Part shown: positions 29,098 through 32,000 of the stretch, in pieces
Layout: each line of letters starts with the position of its first letter
How positions within the stretch are numbered: position 1 is the first letter of the stretch
Assembly (NCBI RefSeq): GCF_000284455.1
Contig: NC_017039.1
Span: 1 to 32,000, forward strand
DNA: 32,000 nucleotides
Source: Synechocystis sp. PCC 6803 substr. PCC-P
GTDB taxonomy: Bacteria; Cyanobacteriota; Cyanobacteriia; Cyanobacteriales; Microcystaceae
Direction of reading: 5' to 3'
Program-made: the position numbers and the translations under genes
Notes under the pieces: model-generated
The model's database searches: none
The model's input: the letters and a program-made list of their open reading frames with translations, nothing else
What the model was told of the DNA's origin: nothing

Positions 29098-29895
29098 TCA
29101 TTTTACTGTGTATGCCCAGATTTCGAATTGTGCTTGAGACGATAACTCCACCTTTAATGAATCGTAATATTCATAACAAAATACTTCAAATTCCTTTATG
29201 GCAAGATTAAATGCTTCATCTGGAAGGAGCCAGCATAATCCATAGGCATGTGATCTGTAAAAATGGAGTAGTTCTTGCACCTGATTGCTTACCGTCCATT
29301 CCTTAGCTGTCAAATAATTACACTGATACCCTTTATTTAGTAAATATTCATCTATATTAATTTTGTTAGTTACTTCTAATGATTGTTGTGAAGGCTTTGG
29401 CTCTTGATACTTAAGCAAAATAGTTTTGAAATGGTTCTCAAATTCTAGATGTGCAGGGGGAGTAACCCATTGAGCATTTAAATAAAAACCATTTGGTTTT
29501 AGGACTCGATCAATCTCATCTAAAAACATACCTAAATTGGAAACAGAATGAAGCATATGAACCGTTAACACTACGTCGAAGCTGCTGTCTGGAAAAGATA
29601 GTTGCGATGCATCTTCATGGATCAACCTAAGATTCGGAGGAATACGGGGCAACTTTTGAGAAAATTGGCTAAGCATTTCCTGAGAAATATCAACACCAGT
29701 TACAGAATAACCACGTCTGACTAAAGGAATGACATTGAGCCCAGTCCCTACACCAGGCTCAAGAAAAGTAGTTTCTCTTGTTGCCTTCACTAGAGCGAGA
29801 ATAAAATCTGCAACTTCTTCAGCAATTGGTTCTGTCATCCAGCGAGTTTGATCGTAAATGTCAGCAATTTTGCTGTAGTAAACATTTTTTTTCAT
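29098..29895 (-). CDS. Class I SAM-dependent methyltransferase
   Basis: 265 aa with motif I FLEPGVGTGLN, an acidic post-I residue (VTGVDIS), motif II/III region (FDVVLTVHMLH, LKPNGFY), and an unassigned C-terminal domain of about 110 aa. Recalled as sll1407. Confidence 0.85.
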   Translation of the reverse strand: MKKNVYYSKIADIYDQTRWMTEPIAEEVADFILALVKATRETTFLEPGVGTGLNVIPLVRRGYSVTGVDISQEMLSQFSQKLPRIPPNLRLIHEDASQLSFPDSSFDVVLTVHMLHSVSNLGMFLDEIDRVLKPNGFYLNAQWVTPPAHLEFENHFKTILLKYQEPKPSQQSLEVTNKINIDEYLLNKGYQCNYLTAKEWTVSNQVQELLHFYRSHAYGLCWLLPDEAFNLAIKEFEVFCYEYYDSLKVELSSQAQFEIWAYTVK

Positions 29896-29931
29896 CTTTC
29901 CAATCCTGGTTTTGGAGCATTAGAAAATTTA

Positions 29932-29956
29932 CTGCTGATAATCTCATCATCAGCAG
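29932..29956 (-). other. Perfect 8-bp inverted repeat/hairpin between receptor and methyltransferase genes
   Basis: CTGCTGAT (29932-29939) pairs with ATCAGCAG (29949-29956) across a 9-nt loop. It embeds TGATAAT-ctc-ATCATCA. It lies 12 nt after the upstream receptor stop and 37 nt before the methyltransferase ATG. Confidence 0.3.
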
Positions 29957-29967
29957 TCTTAAAATGC

Positions 29968-32000
29968 CTAGAATGTTACGCCAATTTTTCCTACTACCGT
30001 AAAGGGAGCCCCGGGATAAACACTCAGGTCAAAATCATTTGATTCGGCCAAATACTGGGTATTAAACAAATTTTCGATGTTTAATTGTAATTCCCAATTT
30101 TCCCGACGATAAAAAATGGCAGCATCGGTGCGGAAATAGCTGGGTAACACAAAGGTGTTGTCCAAGTCCCCCTCCCGTTGATCAACATAAAATAGTCCTA
30201 AACCAAAGCCCAAGCCTTGTAAATTTCCCGATTGAATTTCATAGGTTGTCCAGAGGCTAAACTGGTTGCTAGGAACATTAGATAAAGTGTTGTCTACGAT
30301 ATCGGTATTATCTTGGCTTACAAAAGCATCAAGGTAACTATAACCGGTGACAATATTCCAACCAGGCAAAATTTCTCCACCCAGGTAAAGCTCCACCCCT
30401 CGGCTAGTTTGTTCCCCTGTTTGAATGGTAAATAATAGATTGGCAGGATCAATGGTAGGAACATTTTGTTTCCTAATATCAAATGCCGAGAAAGTCACAC
30501 TTAACTTGTCGGTAATGTCTGCCTTAACTCCCACTTCAAACTGGCGACCGGTCTGGGGATCAAAGGTAGAACCATCGGCGTTGAGGGAGGCGGCAAAAGA
30601 AGGATTAAAAGAGGTGGTGTAAGAGCCATAAAGGGAAACCGTGGGAATTGGTTGATAGATAATACCAACCCGGGGTGTTAATTGGTTATCGGTTTGGTTA
30701 AATTCTTCCCTTGGATCTGTAATAGACTGGGTCGACCGATTTTGGGTAGCGGAATCGTAACGGAGTCCCACCAATAGCTTCAGGTTGTCAAATAAATCCA
30801 TTTGATCCTGTAGATAAACCGCAAAGCGATTGACTTGATCATCACGGAAAAATTCTGGCGCGATGGGGAAAGGGGTATTGGTGTAAACCGGGTTGAAAAC
30901 ATTAATGGGAGCAAAGGTGTTGCTGAATTGAAATTCTGGAGTCTCTGTATCGTTACGATACTCCAATCCAAATAACACCCGATGTTTAACCGGCCCAGTG
31001 TAGAATTCTCCTATCAATTCTGCATTGGTGAAAAAACGCTGATAATTTCCTCCCCCATAATATTCAAATCGATTTAATTCCCCAGTATCTTCGTCAAAAA
31101 AGTCAAAGAGGGGCGCATAGCGGACGGGGGCGTAGGCCAAGTATTGCATGGCATGGCGTAGCTTCAGATTTTCGTTAAAATCGTGGTTGAAGGTGTAGCC
31201 AATTAGGTATTGATCTTGCTCAAATTTACTAAATCGCTCTCCTAAAAATCGATTCGATGGCAAGTCTGCGATATTTGGTGCTGGGATGCCTTCATCTAAG
31301 GTTTCCCGATTGGTTGTGTATTGTCCATAGATATTCAACTTCGTGTCTGGACCAATATTCCAAGTTAAAGTTGGTGATACAACCCAGAGATCACCGTAGA
31401 CGAAATCTCGAAAACTGCCGGAGGTTTCATAGGAAACATTGAGACGATAATTAACTGTATCAATGGCTTCCGGTAGGAGGGGACCGGATAAATCCACATC
31501 TAAACGATAGTCATTATAATTACCAAGGGACACAGCCGCATTGTAATAGGGTTCATCCAAAGGTTTTTTGGAAATTAGGTTGATTGATCCCCCGGGTTCT
31601 CCAGCACCAAACACAATGGAAGAGGGGCCTTTGAGCACTTCTATTTGTTCGATGTCTGTGGTATTTAAGGGGGCTAAGGATTGATAGGGAATGCCATCAC
31701 GAAAAATACTGTTATTGACGGGAAATCCACGGATTAGAAAGCCGGGGCCAAAAACACTAGTTCCCCTGCCCCCGGCGGGGCTAACCCCTGGCACTGTTTG
31801 GAGGGCTGGTCCCAATTCGGTTACGTTTCGGTCTTGTAAGACCTGTTGGGGCACAACTTGAATGGACTGGGGGATATCGAGTAAAGGGGTATCTAATCCT
31901 GTGGCGGTGGAAGCACTGGGCACAAAGTAGCTAGCTTCCCCCTGCCCTTCTTGGGTGGCTACCACTTCAATTTCTGATTCTGGATTCTCAGGGGCGATCG
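29968..32000 (-). CDS. fhuA: TonB-dependent siderophore receptor (FhuA-like), N-terminus outside the window
   Basis: The reading frame stays open from the listed GTG 31965 to the window edge (...IAPENPESEIEVVATQEGQ...), matching the acidic linker/TonB-box region of the two other receptors. It has a plug (IEVLKGPSSIVFGAGEPGGSINLISKKP) and a terminal ...GKIGVTF. Recalled as sll1406. Confidence 0.9.
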   Translation of the reverse strand, partial: IAPENPESEIEVVATQEGQGEASYFVPSASTATGLDTPLLDIPQSIQVVPQQVLQDRNVTELGPALQTVPGVSPAGGRGTSVFGPGFLIRGFPVNNSIFRDGIPYQSLAPLNTTDIEQIEVLKGPSSIVFGAGEPGGSINLISKKPLDEPYYNAAVSLGNYNDYRLDVDLSGPLLPEAIDTVNYRLNVSYETSGSFRDFVYGDLWVVSPTLTWNIGPDTKLNIYGQYTTNRETLDEGIPAPNIADLPSNRFLGERFSKFEQDQYLIGYTFNHDFNENLKLRHAMQYLAYAPVRYAPLFDFFDEDTGELNRFEYYGGGNYQRFFTNAELIGEFYTGPVKHRVLFGLEYRNDTETPEFQFSNTFAPINVFNPVYTNTPFPIAPEFFRDDQVNRFAVYLQDQMDLFDNLKLLVGLRYDSATQNRSTQSITDPREEFNQTDNQLTPRVGIIYQPIPTVSLYGSYTTSFNPSFAASLNADGSTFDPQTGRQFEVGVKADITDKLSVTFSAFDIRKQNVPTIDPANLLFTIQTGEQTSRGVELYLGGEILPGWNIVTGYSYLDAFVSQDNTDIVDNTLSNVPSNQFSLWTTYEIQSGNLQGLGFGLGLFYVDQREGDLDNTFVLPSYFRTDAAIFYRRENWELQLNIENLFNTQYLAESNDFDLSVYPGAPFTVVGKIGVTF

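Noticed and set aside
21600-29900. Calling the AT-rich block a mobile element or genomic island with defined ends
   Set aside because: I could find no integrase, transposase, tRNA attachment site, inverted terminal repeats or flanking direct repeats. Only the compositional evidence is reported.

Overview
No search was run. From memory of the protein sequences, the gene order and the abundance of the HIP1 palindrome GCGATCGC, this window looks like chromosome of Synechocystis sp. PCC 6803 or a near-identical strain. All locus tags quoted are recalled, not verified.

Positions 1-21.6 kb are ordinary core genome at about 50% G+C in hand-sampled lines. In order they carry:
- the 3' part of solanesyl-PP synthase
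- an RluE-like pseudouridine synthase
- a glycine-zipper membrane protein
- Gun4
- the aerobic Mg-protoporphyrin monomethylester cyclase (AcsF/CycI)
- GDP-fucose synthase and GDP-mannose dehydratase
- psbA2 (D1) with its promoter and an intrinsic terminator
- arginine decarboxylase
- NAD-dependent DNA ligase
- a Uma2-family nuclease
- a FecCDEB-like ferric-siderophore ABC importer
- an IutA-like TonB-dependent receptor and its PchR-like AraC regulator

Positions 21.6-29.9 kb are a strikingly AT-rich, HIP1-poor block with a second iron-uptake set, all on the minus strand: SAM methyltransferase, PcrR-like AraC regulator, TonB-dependent receptor, lipoprotein siderophore-binding protein, sucrase/ferredoxin-like protein and MFS permease. 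A third TonB-dependent receptor runs off the right edge.

I found no rRNA, tRNA, CRISPR array, transposase or integrase.

Best leads:
1. A tightly coupled operon of binding protein, Apd1/Aim32-type putative bis-His [2Fe-2S] protein (C-X8-C...H-X3-H visible) and MFS permease, with no ABC component. I propose it as an undescribed ABC-independent, possibly reductive, xenosiderophore route.
2. Tandem 20-21 bp direct repeats sharing the core AAACGGAC lie exactly between each AraC regulator gene and its downstream receptor gene. These are candidate PchR/PcrR operators abutting the -35 position.
3. Composition and HIP1 depletion suggest the second module was acquired horizontally.

Everything functional here is inference from sequence patterns and needs HMM, BLAST and experimental confirmation.
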